From NCBI GenBank assembly GCA_047150005.1, contig AP038806.1, positions 1,536,001-1,600,000 on the forward strand: a stretch of DNA of 64,000 nt, read 5' to 3'. This document shows, in pieces, positions 35,491 through 45,736 of this stretch; the first letter of the stretch is position 1; each line of letters starts with the position of its first letter. This DNA comes from Nitrospira sp. (GTDB taxonomy: Bacteria; Nitrospirota; Nitrospiria; Nitrospirales; Nitrospiraceae). Made by a program: the position numbers and the translations under genes. Below the pieces are notes generated by a model. That model was not told where the DNA came from, did not search any database, and saw nothing but the letters and a program-made list of their open reading frames with translations.

Positions 35491-36351
35491 TCATCTCGTC
35501 ACCAGCACCGACGCGGAGGATCGTTGCGCGACTCGGGTCGATACGCTGCCCAGCACGAACCTGGCGATCGCTCCCAGACCCTGCGCTCCCATGACGATCA
35601 AGTCCGCTCGGCGCTCCGTGGCCACCTTCACGATCTCATCAGCCGGCCTGCCCAACCGGCAGACGGCGTCAGCGGCGAAGCCCGCGTCGGCCAGCTTGCG
35701 TCGATACTCTTCAGCGAGGCGACTCCCCGCTTCCTTCAGTTCCGGATACTTGAGAAATGGCATCACATGAACCACCGTCACGTGGATCGGTTCCCGGGCA
35801 TCCCTCGTGGAGACGGTAGGGCGGAATTTCGTCAGGAGCCATTTCATCGCCTGCCGTGAAGACGGCGATCCGTCGGCCGCCAGGACGATCCGGCGCACCG
35901 ACTTGACGTGCGTCTTGGCGATCAGCACGGGGCAGGACGCATGATGCAGCACATTGGTCGAGATACTGCCGAGCATCAGGCGGTCGAGTGCATCGAGTCC
36001 CTGGCTGCCGACGATGATCATGCCGTGGGTGCTCTGGGCTTGCTTGAGAATCGTCGGCGCGACGCCCCCGCGCAATTCCTTCGCCTTCCCGTTGAGGCGA
36101 AGAACGCGCATCTGCCGGCGCGCCCCGGCGAGGGTCTCGGCCGACCGCCGCTCCATCCGCCTGATTTCCTGCTGGATGAACCGCTCGTTCCCGGCCACCA
36201 TGGACTGCGAGACAAACGGGGCTCGCAGGGCGGCGATATCCAGAACATGCAAGGCCGTTATCCGAGGCTTGTCTTTCAGCGGCAGCGCCGCCGCCCAACT
36301 CAAAGCCTGCCGGCCATACTGTGATCCATCCATGGCGACTAGAACGTTCAT
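35491..36351 (-). CDS. Universal stress protein (tandem USP domains)
   Basis: VLVAMDGS, IVGSQG..LGSIS; second domain LIVMGAQG..LGSVS. Confidence 0.92.
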   Translation of the reverse strand: MNVLVAMDGSQYGRQALSWAAALPLKDKPRITALHVLDIAALRAPFVSQSMVAGNERFIQQEIRRMERRSAETLAGARRQMRVLRLNGKAKELRGGVAPTILKQAQSTHGMIIVGSQGLDALDRLMLGSISTNVLHHASCPVLIAKTHVKSVRRIVLAADGSPSSRQAMKWLLTKFRPTVSTRDAREPIHVTVVHVMPFLKYPELKEAGSRLAEEYRRKLADAGFAADAVCRLGRPADEIVKVATERRADLIVMGAQGLGAIARFVLGSVSTRVAQRSSASVLVTR

Positions 36352-36502
36352 CTTCTCGTCCTTTCGTGTGAGCGGCGTCGTTCAGGTAACCGACGGCCTC
36401 GACTTGTTGACGGAGCGGCTCTGTGAACACTCGACCTGTGCCAGGCGACAGAGAGCCGGCTCCATGCCCGGTCGCCCATTCCGACAATGGTGCGGAAGGT
36501 CC

Positions 36503-37357
36503 TCATCTACCTGGACTCTCTTGAAGGGGCCCCGGATTTCTCAAGTACACAGACCAATAGACCAACGCGACGAGGATGGTCCCACCCAGCAGATTTCCGA
36601 TCGTCACGAGCAGCAGATTGCTGAGGGCGCCGGCCAGCGAAACTGGCGCGGCGCCGGCTGATGTCAGAATGATTCCGATGGGGAGAAAGTACATGTTGGC
36701 GACGGAATGTTCGAACCCGCAGGCCACGAAGGCGCTGATCGGGAATATGATCGCCAGAATCTTATCGGCGACACCGCGCGCACCCATGCACAACCACAGG
36801 GCGAGGCACACGAGTACGTTGCAGAGCATACCTCTGGTAAGGGCCGATAGCGGATCGAGCGACACCTTGGCTCGCGCGATCCGCACCATCGTGTCTCCGA
36901 CTGCGCCGTCATTCAGACTGTGTACGTTGGCCATCCAGATCAAAATCGCCGTTCCGACTGCTCCGACCAAGTTGCCGAGATAGACCCACACCCAGTTCCG
37001 AAGGACTTGCAGAGCGGTCACGCGGCCGGACGCCCAAGCCATCGCGATCAGATTGTTGCCGGTGAAGAGTTCCGCCCCGCCGACCACCACAAGAATGAGC
37101 CCTAAGCTGAATGTTACGCCACCCGCCAAGCGCACAAGTCCGATGGTCGTCGGTGGATCGGCGGGTCCCGTCGTGATGGTCACGGTGTAAAAGAGTGCTC
37201 CTAAGGCGATGAATGCTCCCGCCAATAGCGCCAAGGCAAACATCGTGGGAACAGGGAGGGTCGCTTTGGTCACACCGCCGTCGCGCACCCGCATGGCAAT
37301 CTGCGCGGGGGCATAGGCGTCGAGCGGTAATGCGGAAGATGTCTCGATGGGATCCAT
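36503..37357 (-). CDS. focA: Formate/nitrite transporter (FNT family)
   Basis: LAGAFIALG, GAELFTGN, LCNVLVCLA, GFEHSVANM, TIGNLLGG; follows fdsA. Confidence 0.92.
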   Translation of the reverse strand: MDPIETSSALPLDAYAPAQIAMRVRDGGVTKATLPVPTMFALALLAGAFIALGALFYTVTITTGPADPPTTIGLVRLAGGVTFSLGLILVVVGGAELFTGNNLIAMAWASGRVTALQVLRNWVWVYLGNLVGAVGTAILIWMANVHSLNDGAVGDTMVRIARAKVSLDPLSALTRGMLCNVLVCLALWLCMGARGVADKILAIIFPISAFVACGFEHSVANMYFLPIGIILTSAGAAPVSLAGALSNLLLVTIGNLLGGTILVALVYWSVYLRNPGPLQESPGR

Positions 37358-37363
37358 GTGCGC

Positions 37364-40108
37364 CTAAAGAATGAGTTGCCTGCGAATCTGTCGGAGTTCC
37401 ACTTCATCTTCTCGATCGAGGGCGTCCCGGTCGATCGGCTCCACCCGGACGGCCGACACCTTGTATTCCGGGCACTTTGAGCTGTCGTCGGCGCTCGATG
37501 AGAGCAATTCGTTCACTGTCGAAGCCGGGAAATGAAAGCTGGTGAAGAGATGTCGGGGAAGCACACGCTCACTTCTCACGACCGGAAGGATCGCCGTACC
37601 TCTGGCGCTCACCAAACGGACGATCGCGCCTTCAATCAGATGCAGCCGGTCGATATCGAGCGGGTGCATCTCCAGCACGTCCGTGTCCACTAAGGCCAGG
37701 ATGTCCGTCCGCCTTGTTTGAGCTCCGCAATTATAGTGCTGCAGGATCCGCCCCGTCGTGAGGACAAACGGATACTCTTCGCTCGCCGCTTCGCCCGGCG
37801 GCAGATAGTCCACCGAGATGAAGCGCGCCTTGCCCTTGGGAAAGCTCTCCTGGTGCATCATCGGCGTCCCCGGATGCGTTCCGTCGGGAACCGGCCACTG
37901 CAGACCGGCATGATCCTCCAGTCGGTCGTACGAGACGCCGGCGAACATGGGGGTCAGTTGTGCGATCTCGTCCATGATCTCCGATGGGTGGGTGTAGGTC
38001 ATCGGATAACCCATCCGACGGGACACCTCGCAGACGACGCGCCAGTCCGGGAGAATGCCTTGTGGTGGGTCCACTGCTTTTCGGATGCGCTGAATCCGCC
38101 GTTCCAGGTTGGTGAAGGTGCCGTCCTTCTCCAAGAAGGAGGCGCCGGGGAGGATCAGGTGAGCGAACTTGGCGGTCTCACTAAAAAAAAGGTCTTGTAC
38201 CACAAGAAACTCCAGGCGCTTGAGCGCCGCATGGACTTTCTTGAGATTTGGATCGGTTTGTGCGACGTCGTAGCCGATGATCCAGAGGGCTCGCAGGCGG
38301 CCGTCGACCGCGGCATCCCACATCTCGGGGGTTTTCATCCCACGCATTCCCGGCAGAGGGCGGCCTGTGATCCGTTGATGCCGCATCGAGAGTTCGGGAT
38401 CGTCTAAAGATTGATAGCCGGCAAAATAGGTCGGGAGACAGCCGACGTCCGAGGCGCCCTGCACGTTGTTCTGGCCGCGCAACGGATTGATGCCGGTGCC
38501 CGGCCTGCCGATATTTCCGGTAGCCAACGCCAGATTCACCAGCGCGATGACTCCGTGACTGCCCCAACGATGCTCGGTCACGCCGAGCCCGTGCGCGCAA
38601 AAGGACGCGCCGCTTGACGCGTATCGGCGAGCCGCCTCTCGTATGAGAGAAGCCGGGATACCGGTGATCCGCTCGGTTTTCTCGGGCGTGCAATCCGCGA
38701 CCGCCCGCTTCCATTCGTTCAGACCTTCGGTTCTGGCGCGGGTGAATTCCTCATCAAGGAGGCCTTCGTGAGCGATCACGTGGCCCATCCCGTTCAGCAA
38801 CGCCACGTTGGTCCCCGGTTCGAGTTGCAGATGCAGATCGGCCAGCCGGGCCAACTCGGTCCGCCGCGGATCAATGACGATGAGAAACACGCCCTTCCGG
38901 TGCGCCTGTTTGATGCGGGCACCGACAACGGGATGGGACTCCGTCGGATTAGCCCCGACCACCATGATGAGCCTGGCGAAATCCAGGTCTGCAATGGAAT
39001 TCGTCGCGGCGGAGGCCCCGAGTGTTTCCATCATTCCGGTGACCGTGGCGCTGTGGCAAACCCGCGCGCAGTTGTCGATATGATTGGTTCCGATCACGCA
39101 GCGCATGAACTTACCGAACAGATAATTCTCTTCGTTCGTTCCCCGACTCGAGGAAATCGTCGCCAGCGCGTCCCGGCCGTGCACTCGTGTAATCCGAGAG
39201 AATTCCCGTGCGACATGGTCAAGAGCCGCGTCCCAGGAAATCTCCTTCCAGTGATCTCCCTCACGGAGCAACGGCCTCCGCAGCCGCTCCTCGGCGGTCG
39301 TGTAGGTCCAACCGAATCGTCCCTTCATACAGGCATGGCCGAGATTCGACGGCCCATCGTCGGCGGGGAGCATCTGCACGACCTGTCCCTCGCGCACGCC
39401 CGCATCGAACGTGCAGCCCACCCCGCAGTAGGCGCAGGTGGTTTTCACAGTCTGAGTAGGCCGTCCCAGCCGGAGCACGGTGTTTTCCGTCAGCGCGCCG
39501 GTCGGGCATTCCTTCACGCACGCTCCGCAGGACACACAGTTGGACGTGGCGAATGCCGCAGTGTGGCCGAGAATGGCGGCGGCGCCGGCCACAGGCCTTG
39601 CCGCAAATCCCCTCCCCGTCATGGTCAACGCGAAAGTGCCCTGGATCTCATCGCAGGCCCGGACGCAGCGGGCGCAGGAAATACAGGACGCGTTGTCGAA
39701 CGTAAAGAACGGATTCGAGTCGTCACGCACGGCGAGACGCGTCTGATGAGCACCGTCCGGATAGCGAACTTTCCGGACCCCGTAGGTAAGCGCCAGTTCG
39801 CGCAGTGGTTCGGACGTCGAACCGTTCGGCTGTTCGGACAAATACAGTTCGACGATATTCTGCCGATGGAAGGTCAGTCGATCACTCTCCGTTCGCACCA
39901 CCATACCGGGACGAACCGGTGTCGTGCAGGAGGCCGGGGTGCCGGGCTGTCCCTCGATTTCGCATAGGCAGAGGCGGCAGGAACCGAAGGGAGCCAGGTG
40001 ATGCGAGATGCAGAGACCGGGGATCGCAACGCCGGCCTTGTGAGCGGCGGTGTAAATGGTATCGCCCGGTTCGGCCGCGACGACCTGACCGTTGATCGTA
40101 AGGTTCAT
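37364..40108 (-). CDS. fdsA: NAD-dependent formate dehydrogenase alpha subunit (Mo/W-bisPGD, catalytic Cys)
   Basis: N-terminal 2Fe-2S and 2x4Fe-4S motifs, CAYCGVGC, DNCARVCH, LRGQNNVQG, PEYK. Confidence 0.95.
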   Translation of the reverse strand: MNLTINGQVVAAEPGDTIYTAAHKAGVAIPGLCISHHLAPFGSCRLCLCEIEGQPGTPASCTTPVRPGMVVRTESDRLTFHRQNIVELYLSEQPNGSTSEPLRELALTYGVRKVRYPDGAHQTRLAVRDDSNPFFTFDNASCISCARCVRACDEIQGTFALTMTGRGFAARPVAGAAAILGHTAAFATSNCVSCGACVKECPTGALTENTVLRLGRPTQTVKTTCAYCGVGCTFDAGVREGQVVQMLPADDGPSNLGHACMKGRFGWTYTTAEERLRRPLLREGDHWKEISWDAALDHVAREFSRITRVHGRDALATISSSRGTNEENYLFGKFMRCVIGTNHIDNCARVCHSATVTGMMETLGASAATNSIADLDFARLIMVVGANPTESHPVVGARIKQAHRKGVFLIVIDPRRTELARLADLHLQLEPGTNVALLNGMGHVIAHEGLLDEEFTRARTEGLNEWKRAVADCTPEKTERITGIPASLIREAARRYASSGASFCAHGLGVTEHRWGSHGVIALVNLALATGNIGRPGTGINPLRGQNNVQGASDVGCLPTYFAGYQSLDDPELSMRHQRITGRPLPGMRGMKTPEMWDAAVDGRLRALWIIGYDVAQTDPNLKKVHAALKRLEFLVVQDLFFSETAKFAHLILPGASFLEKDGTFTNLERRIQRIRKAVDPPQGILPDWRVVCEVSRRMGYPMTYTHPSEIMDEIAQLTPMFAGVSYDRLEDHAGLQWPVPDGTHPGTPMMHQESFPKGKARFISVDYLPPGEAASEEYPFVLTTGRILQHYNCGAQTRRTDILALVDTDVLEMHPLDIDRLHLIEGAIVRLVSARGTAILPVVRSERVLPRHLFTSFHFPASTVNELLSSSADDSSKCPEYKVSAVRVEPIDRDALDREDEVELRQIRRQLIL

Positions 40109-40119
40109 GGGACCACCGC

Positions 40120-41631
40120 TCAGCCTGTTTCTGTCCCCTCCGCTCTCAAGCGCACCTGAAACTCGCGGGGGAAATGTTCAATCGCTGTCAGAACCGGATA
40201 GGGCGCGCGGCTCCCCAGCGCACAGAGACTGGCCGCTTTCATTGTGTCCGCCAGTTCGGTCAGCAGCGTCAATTCAGCCGTCGTCGCTCGACCTCCATGA
40301 ACCAGGTCCAGCAATTCCCACCCGCGGACCGAGCCGATCCGGCAAGGCGTACATTTGCCGCAGGACTCGTCCGCCGTGAACGCCATGAAGTGGCGCGCGA
40401 GCTCCACCATGTCCGTACCCTCGTCGTAGACGACGATGCCACCGTGGCCCAGGATCGCCCCGGCATCTGAAAACGCGTCGTAGCAGATCGGAATGTCCAG
40501 CTTCGATTCAGGGAACAGGCTGCCCAGCGGCCCGCCGACCTGCACCGCTTTGAAACGAGAGCCGGCCGCCATCCCTCCGCCGAATTGGTCGAGGACTTTT
40601 CGCAGGGGCATCCCGAAGGGAATTTCGACGAGCCCAGGCTGCGCGACGCGTCCCCCGATCTGCAGCGCGATCGTTCCGCGCGACTGCTCCGTGCCGAACG
40701 ACGCGTGCCAGGCTCCGCCGCGGGCAAGAATATTCGGCACAGTCGCAAAGGTCAGCACGTTACTGACGATCGTCGGCTGTCCATAGAGTCCGCAGACCGC
40801 CGGATAGGGCGGTTTGGCGCGCACGACACCCCGTCGCCCCTCCAGTGACTCCAGTAAGGCCGTTTCTTCTCCGCAGACGTAGGAACCGGCGCCCAGCACA
40901 ATGTCGACGGCGAAAGGCCTGTCATGCAGCGTGAGGAGACCCGCTTCCTCGGCCAGGCGCACCGCCGTCCGCATCGCTCCCGCTGCGGCCGGGTACTCCT
41001 GTCGGCAATACACATATCCCTTTGTCGCGCCGATCGTATGGGCGCAGATCAGCATTCCTTCGATAAGTCGGAACGGGTCCCCTTCCATGATCATTCGGTC
41101 GCAATAGGTGCCGGCATCGCCCTCGTCCGCGTTCGCGACGACGAACCGCTCCGGCGCGTCCGTCTGCAAGGCTGCCTGCCATTTGCTCCAGACTGGAAAC
41201 GCCGCCCCGCCGCGTCCGCGAAGACCGGCGAGCTTGAGTTCGTCGATGATCGAATCGCGAGTCATGTCCAGCGCCTTCTCGAGTCCTTCAAAGCCGCCGG
41301 TCCTCCGGTATTCTTCCAAGGCAAGCGGTTGCGTGGTCCCGAAATTCGAGAACGTGCACCGGGTCTGAGCGGACAGAAACGGGATGGAATGGAGCGGAAC
41401 CCCTCCTCGTCCGGCTACAATCTCCGAGAGATCGTCCGCGGTCACGTTGAACCAGGCCATGCGACCGTCAGGGGCGTCTCGCTCGATCATCGGTTCGAGA
41501 AAGAAGGCTCCGCGCGACGAGGTGCGAACGAGCCGGACATCTGGTCGATGACGGAGCAGGTCCGCGAGCCGCTCTGCCCCGACCGCTCGGGACGATGTGT
41601 CGGAGGACAGATAGAGCGTGGCGTGGTTCAT
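40120..41631 (-). CDS. fdsB: Formate dehydrogenase beta (NuoF-like, FMN/NAD) subunit
   Basis: GLRGRGGAAFP, NADEGDAGT, YVCGEET, ESCGKCTPCRIG. Confidence 0.93.
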   Translation of the reverse strand: MNHATLYLSSDTSSRAVGAERLADLLRHRPDVRLVRTSSRGAFFLEPMIERDAPDGRMAWFNVTADDLSEIVAGRGGVPLHSIPFLSAQTRCTFSNFGTTQPLALEEYRRTGGFEGLEKALDMTRDSIIDELKLAGLRGRGGAAFPVWSKWQAALQTDAPERFVVANADEGDAGTYCDRMIMEGDPFRLIEGMLICAHTIGATKGYVYCRQEYPAAAGAMRTAVRLAEEAGLLTLHDRPFAVDIVLGAGSYVCGEETALLESLEGRRGVVRAKPPYPAVCGLYGQPTIVSNVLTFATVPNILARGGAWHASFGTEQSRGTIALQIGGRVAQPGLVEIPFGMPLRKVLDQFGGGMAAGSRFKAVQVGGPLGSLFPESKLDIPICYDAFSDAGAILGHGGIVVYDEGTDMVELARHFMAFTADESCGKCTPCRIGSVRGWELLDLVHGGRATTAELTLLTELADTMKAASLCALGSRAPYPVLTAIEHFPREFQVRLRAEGTETG

Positions 41632-42110
41632 TGATAACGATCCAAGAGGGAGGGAATCTGCGTCGGCTCGACTCGCCCGTAGAGATCCTGATTCACCGCC
41701 ACGGCAGGCGATACGGCGCAGTTGCCCATGCAATAGACCCTCTCGAGCGTGAAACGGCCGCCGGGATCGGTTTGGCCGATTTCGATGCCCAGCCGATCTC
41801 TGAGCGCCTTCACCAGTTGGACGCAATGATTGGCCACGCACGACTCTCCCGTACAGATACGGATGACGTGCCGCCCCGGAGCCGCCGTTCTCAGGTCCGG
41901 ATAGTACGAGAGGACGCCGGCGACCTCTGCCTCGCTCGCCCCGATCCCCCGCGCGATCTGCGGAACAGATTGCGGCGGCACGTATCCAATCCGGTCCTGG
42001 ATCGCCAGCAGCAGCCTGAGAATATTCGGACGGCCGGACAGGCCGGAGCGGCCTTGCTCCGCCGACAGGGCTTGCTCGATCTCATGGTCTGAGGAACGAT
42101 TGTCGGTCAT
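41628..42110 (-). CDS. fdsG: Formate dehydrogenase gamma (NuoE-like, 2Fe-2S) subunit
   Basis: ICTGESC and YCMGNCAVSP; stop overlaps the fdsB start. Confidence 0.92.
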   Translation of the reverse strand: MTDNRSSDHEIEQALSAEQGRSGLSGRPNILRLLLAIQDRIGYVPPQSVPQIARGIGASEAEVAGVLSYYPDLRTAAPGRHVIRICTGESCVANHCVQLVKALRDRLGIEIGQTDPGGRFTLERVYCMGNCAVSPAVAVNQDLYGRVEPTQIPSLLDRYQ

Positions 42111-42142
42111 CGCACGCCGTCTCTCCCGCATTCGTCATGCCG

Positions 42143-43522
42143 TCATAGGAGTCCCACATGCGCGCGAAGCACGTTGTAATCAAACGCGGGTGTTCCCAGC
42201 CGCAGGATGCCGAGGTCGACATGCGCCATCTCGTCGATCAGGTCGGCGACCTGTGTCCGCGAAGCCGGTTGAGCCGCCGCATGCCTTGGCGTCTGATCCT
42301 GCAAGGCCGCCGAGGGTTGGTCCGGCCATTCGAGGTACGCGGTGTCGAGGAAGTTTCGGACGAGAGCCAGGTCTTCCTCCTCGCTCACAACCACCGAAGG
42401 CGACTCTCCCTGAGTCAACTGATCAACCGGCAGGTCACGACGAGGCGGCGCGAGGGATTCGCCTCGAAAGTGCAGCGAGTAGCCGAACGTCGAGGCTAAT
42501 TGATGCTTGATCGCATTGAGGCGGTCCGCCGTATCGCACTCGACGATGAGTTGCACGGGAGTGAGCGTGAGCCGGGCAACGGGCGATTCCACGCCATCTT
42601 CTCCGTTCGCCCGTTGAATCCAGACCCGGACCGGCTTTTCTTTTTGCCCTGATGGCATAACAGGATGCCGGAGAGCGCCTACTTCGATTTCTTTCATGGC
42701 CGAGAGACCGTCGGCGAGAAATCCGTACTCGCGATGATCATAAAGAGCCAATACATAGAGAAAAGACGCTCCCTCCCTTGTCAAGTAGCGGGTATGCACG
42801 ACGGCATTGAGAAGGGTGGCCAGCCGCAGGTAGGCAAAATTCCACAGCAGGACATGCCCGAACCGTTTGACGAATTCCTGCCAATCCCCGAGCACGAAGG
42901 AGCCGGACGAGATTTCCATGCTCCGCTCCCATTCGCGCGAGGCATCGAGCACCGCGCGAGCCTTCTCTCTGGAAAGCACCAGCGCACTTCCGGCGATCCG
43001 GCCGATTCCCCGCTCTGGATCGTCCGGGTCGCGCACGACGCGGGTGAGGAGCACCTGTCCCGCACTCAGTGCTCGGGCATACTCCCCTCCCTGCACCGGG
43101 ATCTGGATTCCATCGCCCATCGAACGTAAGGACACAGCCTGCGGCGCATCCGCCGGCTCGACCGGGAGCACTTCGAGCAGGTCCATGTAGGAGTGTTTGA
43201 GGGAATCGAGCCACCGCCGCTCTTCGTCCGGGATATGTTCCGTGATCACGTCCCGGAGTTGTTCGATCAGCGTAAGCTGTCCATCCTCGGGGTAGAAATC
43301 CGAGTATACGGCCAGCGTGGCCAGATCGACTTCCTGGGCCAGGGGATGCAGGACATCCCCCGAGGATTCAAGATAGGGGCGAAGAGCTCGCTCAAGGGCG
43401 ACCTCGCGTTGAACGGAGAATTGCGGTGCAAGGGACAGTGCCTCGAGCCGCGCGAGGAGGGTCTCCAGCGAAGGGTCGAGTGGAACGGCCAATCCATGCG
43501 GCGAATCATTCCCGCGCTTCAT
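42143..43522 (-). CDS. Hypothetical protein (459 aa)
   Basis: Long ORF in operon context; C-terminal W.D.P..AL...TPRHAA segment; function not recognised. Confidence 0.75.
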   Translation of the reverse strand: MKRGNDSPHGLAVPLDPSLETLLARLEALSLAPQFSVQREVALERALRPYLESSGDVLHPLAQEVDLATLAVYSDFYPEDGQLTLIEQLRDVITEHIPDEERRWLDSLKHSYMDLLEVLPVEPADAPQAVSLRSMGDGIQIPVQGGEYARALSAGQVLLTRVVRDPDDPERGIGRIAGSALVLSREKARAVLDASREWERSMEISSGSFVLGDWQEFVKRFGHVLLWNFAYLRLATLLNAVVHTRYLTREGASFLYVLALYDHREYGFLADGLSAMKEIEVGALRHPVMPSGQKEKPVRVWIQRANGEDGVESPVARLTLTPVQLIVECDTADRLNAIKHQLASTFGYSLHFRGESLAPPRRDLPVDQLTQGESPSVVVSEEEDLALVRNFLDTAYLEWPDQPSAALQDQTPRHAAAQPASRTQVADLIDEMAHVDLGILRLGTPAFDYNVLRAHVGLL

Positions 43523-43730
43523 GGATCTCTTCCATCACGATTTCTTCCGCATCCAGCCAGTCACGAAGCGCATGGCCTTCCAGACACCCGCGCTGTTCCC
43601 ACAGTTCGTAAGCCTTGCTCGCAATACGCTCCCACAGACCCTCCGGCGCCTCGCTCCGCCTCCGGGAAGAAGAAACCGAACGGATTGGCGCCGCCTTGGA
43701 CTTGTTTGCCGACTTGACTGTCGCACGCAT
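43506..43730 (-). CDS. DUF2934 domain protein
   Basis: ERIASKAYELWEQRG..GHALRDWLDAE. Confidence 0.85.
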   Translation of the reverse strand: MRATVKSANKSKAAPIRSVSSSRRRSEAPEGLWERIASKAYELWEQRGCLEGHALRDWLDAEEIVMEEIHEARE

Positions 43731-43751
43731 CACAGACTCCTCGGTTGACGG

Positions 43752-44702
43752 TTAAGGATTCTCGCCCGCAAGGGCTGACTTCCGGGTCAGCCGCTGATGA
43801 CTCGGATGAAATTTCGGGCTGCGGACGGTCAGCACCGGGCATTGTGCGCGACGAAGCACCGCTTCAGCGATGCTTCCGCTCAACACATGGGAGATTCCTC
43901 GTCGTCCGTGAGTCCCCATCACGAGAAGATCGCTTGGCCAGGTCCGAGCCTCGTCTAGTATTGTGTCGCCGGGAATTCCTCCTCGAACCAGACTGGTTGT
44001 CGAGATGCCCGCAGCAGTGAGCGCGGCGGACAGCTCATCGAGACGTTTCGTCAACCGCTCCCGTTTCCGCTCCCGTTCTTCTGTACGACCGAGCGTGAAG
44101 TCCAACCCGTAGGACACCGGTTCCAGAACGTGGAGCAGCTTGACGGAAGCCTTGGTCTGCCGGGCTAGCAAGGCGGCGTACTCCAGCGCATCCAGCGAAC
44201 CGTCGAAAAAATCGATTGGGACCAGAATCCGCTCCAGCCTCACACCGGTCTGGGGAGCCGAACCCTCAGTGGCTGTCAGATGCACGGCGAGAACGGGACA
44301 GGGCGCCGTACGAATCGTGCGCTCCGCCGTGCTCCCGAGCAACACATGGGCCAAACCGCTTTTTCCCCTCGTTCCCAGGACGACGAGATCTGAGTCTTCC
44401 GCCTGGGCTGCGGCGACCACCTCTTCGCTGGGGAGTCCGGTCCCGATTCTGGTGGTGACGAAAATCCCTCGAAGCTCGATGCGTCGCTTGCATTCGGTAA
44501 GCTGCTCCGACGCCTCTCGCATGCGCTCCGTCAGATACTGGTGATTGACGGGATAGTCCGGGTTCATCCCCGGCGCCAATTCCAGGACGGTCATGATGGT
44601 CAGACGGGCGTGCCAGAGAGAGGCCAGAGAGCAGGCATAGTCCTCCGCCCGACGCGCCCAGGAAGAAAAATCCGTTGCCAGCAGAATACGTTCGATCTTC
44701 AT
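43752..44702 (-). CDS. Universal stress protein (tandem USP domains)
   Basis: RILLATDFS, LGTRGKSG..LGSTAE; RILVPIDF, MGTHGRRG..GSIAE. Confidence 0.93.
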   Translation of the reverse strand: MKIERILLATDFSSWARRAEDYACSLASLWHARLTIMTVLELAPGMNPDYPVNHQYLTERMREASEQLTECKRRIELRGIFVTTRIGTGLPSEEVVAAAQAEDSDLVVLGTRGKSGLAHVLLGSTAERTIRTAPCPVLAVHLTATEGSAPQTGVRLERILVPIDFFDGSLDALEYAALLARQTKASVKLLHVLEPVSYGLDFTLGRTEERERKRERLTKRLDELSAALTAAGISTTSLVRGGIPGDTILDEARTWPSDLLVMGTHGRRGISHVLSGSIAEAVLRRAQCPVLTVRSPKFHPSHQRLTRKSALAGENP

Positions 44703-44707
44703 TTGTA

Positions 44708-44739
44708 ACTCAGCACTCAGGACTCATAACTCAGGACTC
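44708..44739. repeat. Tandem heptamer repeat (ACTCAGC/G)n, reverse complement of the 3588 family
   Basis: actcagc actcagg actcata actcagg actc. Confidence 0.7.
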
Positions 44740-44744
44740 TAAAG

Positions 44745-45164
44745 CTAGACCGCCTCTGCACTCAAGAGCAGCAACTCGCCGTTCATGTTCGGATGAATTG
44801 AACAGCGAAACGTATAGCGTCCCGGTCGCTCCATGTTGAAGCGGATCGTCGCCTCCCGTTTCGGATCGAGCATCACCCCTTCAAGCCCCCGCCCATAGAC
44901 GATGACGCCGTCCTTCTCGATCCTCGTGGGCAGTCCTTCGAACATGGTGGACCCGAAGTCGTGCCGCTCGGCATCTTCATTGCGGACATAGATGACGGTC
45001 GGAAGGCCGAGACGAAGCGGCGCCTCCTTGGTGATCAGAAACGTAAAGTCGCGGATCGTCACCTCCACGCTCTGTTCAGCCTGGGATTCGACCGGTACGA
45101 CCGTGGCCAACCAGCAGATACCCGACAATGCGGCGACCGCCATCCAACTCCCTACGTTCACCAT
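44745..45164 (-). CDS. Exported cupredoxin domain protein
   Basis: Signal peptide; His in ERHDF; C-terminal FRCSIHPNM type-1 copper motif. Confidence 0.87.
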   Translation of the reverse strand: MVNVGSWMAVAALSGICWLATVVPVESQAEQSVEVTIRDFTFLITKEAPLRLGLPTVIYVRNEDAERHDFGSTMFEGLPTRIEKDGVIVYGRGLEGVMLDPKREATIRFNMERPGRYTFRCSIHPNMNGELLLLSAEAV

Positions 45165-45429
45165 GAGAACCTCCCTGTTGAAATGCCCGACGCCAGTACG
45201 CACCATCCACGGCACGAAACCACGCGGCGCGCCTGGGCTGCCGACCTGCTCCGCGCTAGGTCACAGGATGCGTCGTTCGCTCCCGTTCCCTCGCCGTCCT
45301 GCGGGCCGACTCTACCAACTGTCCGGCCCCGAGTCGAGACGGCATCTTCCTCGGAGGCACCCTTCGTGACGGCGCGATTGAACCCGCACAGGTCAAACAG
45401 GGAAATACCCTCACTCTGATATTTGGAGT

Positions 45430-45445
45430 AGCAAGGGCAATGCCA
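45430..45445 (-). promoter_or_regulatory. Sigma54 promoter upstream of the cupredoxin-USP-fds run
   Basis: Minus strand TGGCAT-TGCCC-TTGCT. Confidence 0.65.
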
Positions 45446-45736
45446 CAGGGTAATCGCATCTCCGCAGGCACGATTTTCGGGAGCGGGCTTACAACATTCG
45501 AGTACTCAACGTCGACCGTCCGGTGAGCGTGGAGGAAGAGTGCGCTCTAGATGCGCAGAGCGTGGAGCCCTGCTACAACTGCCGCGGGCTTCTGTCGCAG
45601 AAGGGGGCAGTCTCTGCAACAGGAGGGTTTATGGCCGCAGAAACGACGCTGTTCGGAAGGAATCGGGGACGGAGCGCCACGGTATCGGAATTGCTCAATT
45701 TCGATGTATGGGAAGGATGCGAACCGAAGGAGCGTG

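Noticed and set aside
38990..39100. Selenocysteine in formate dehydrogenase
   Set aside because: The active-site motif is CARVCH with Cys, and the ORF has no in-frame TGA.
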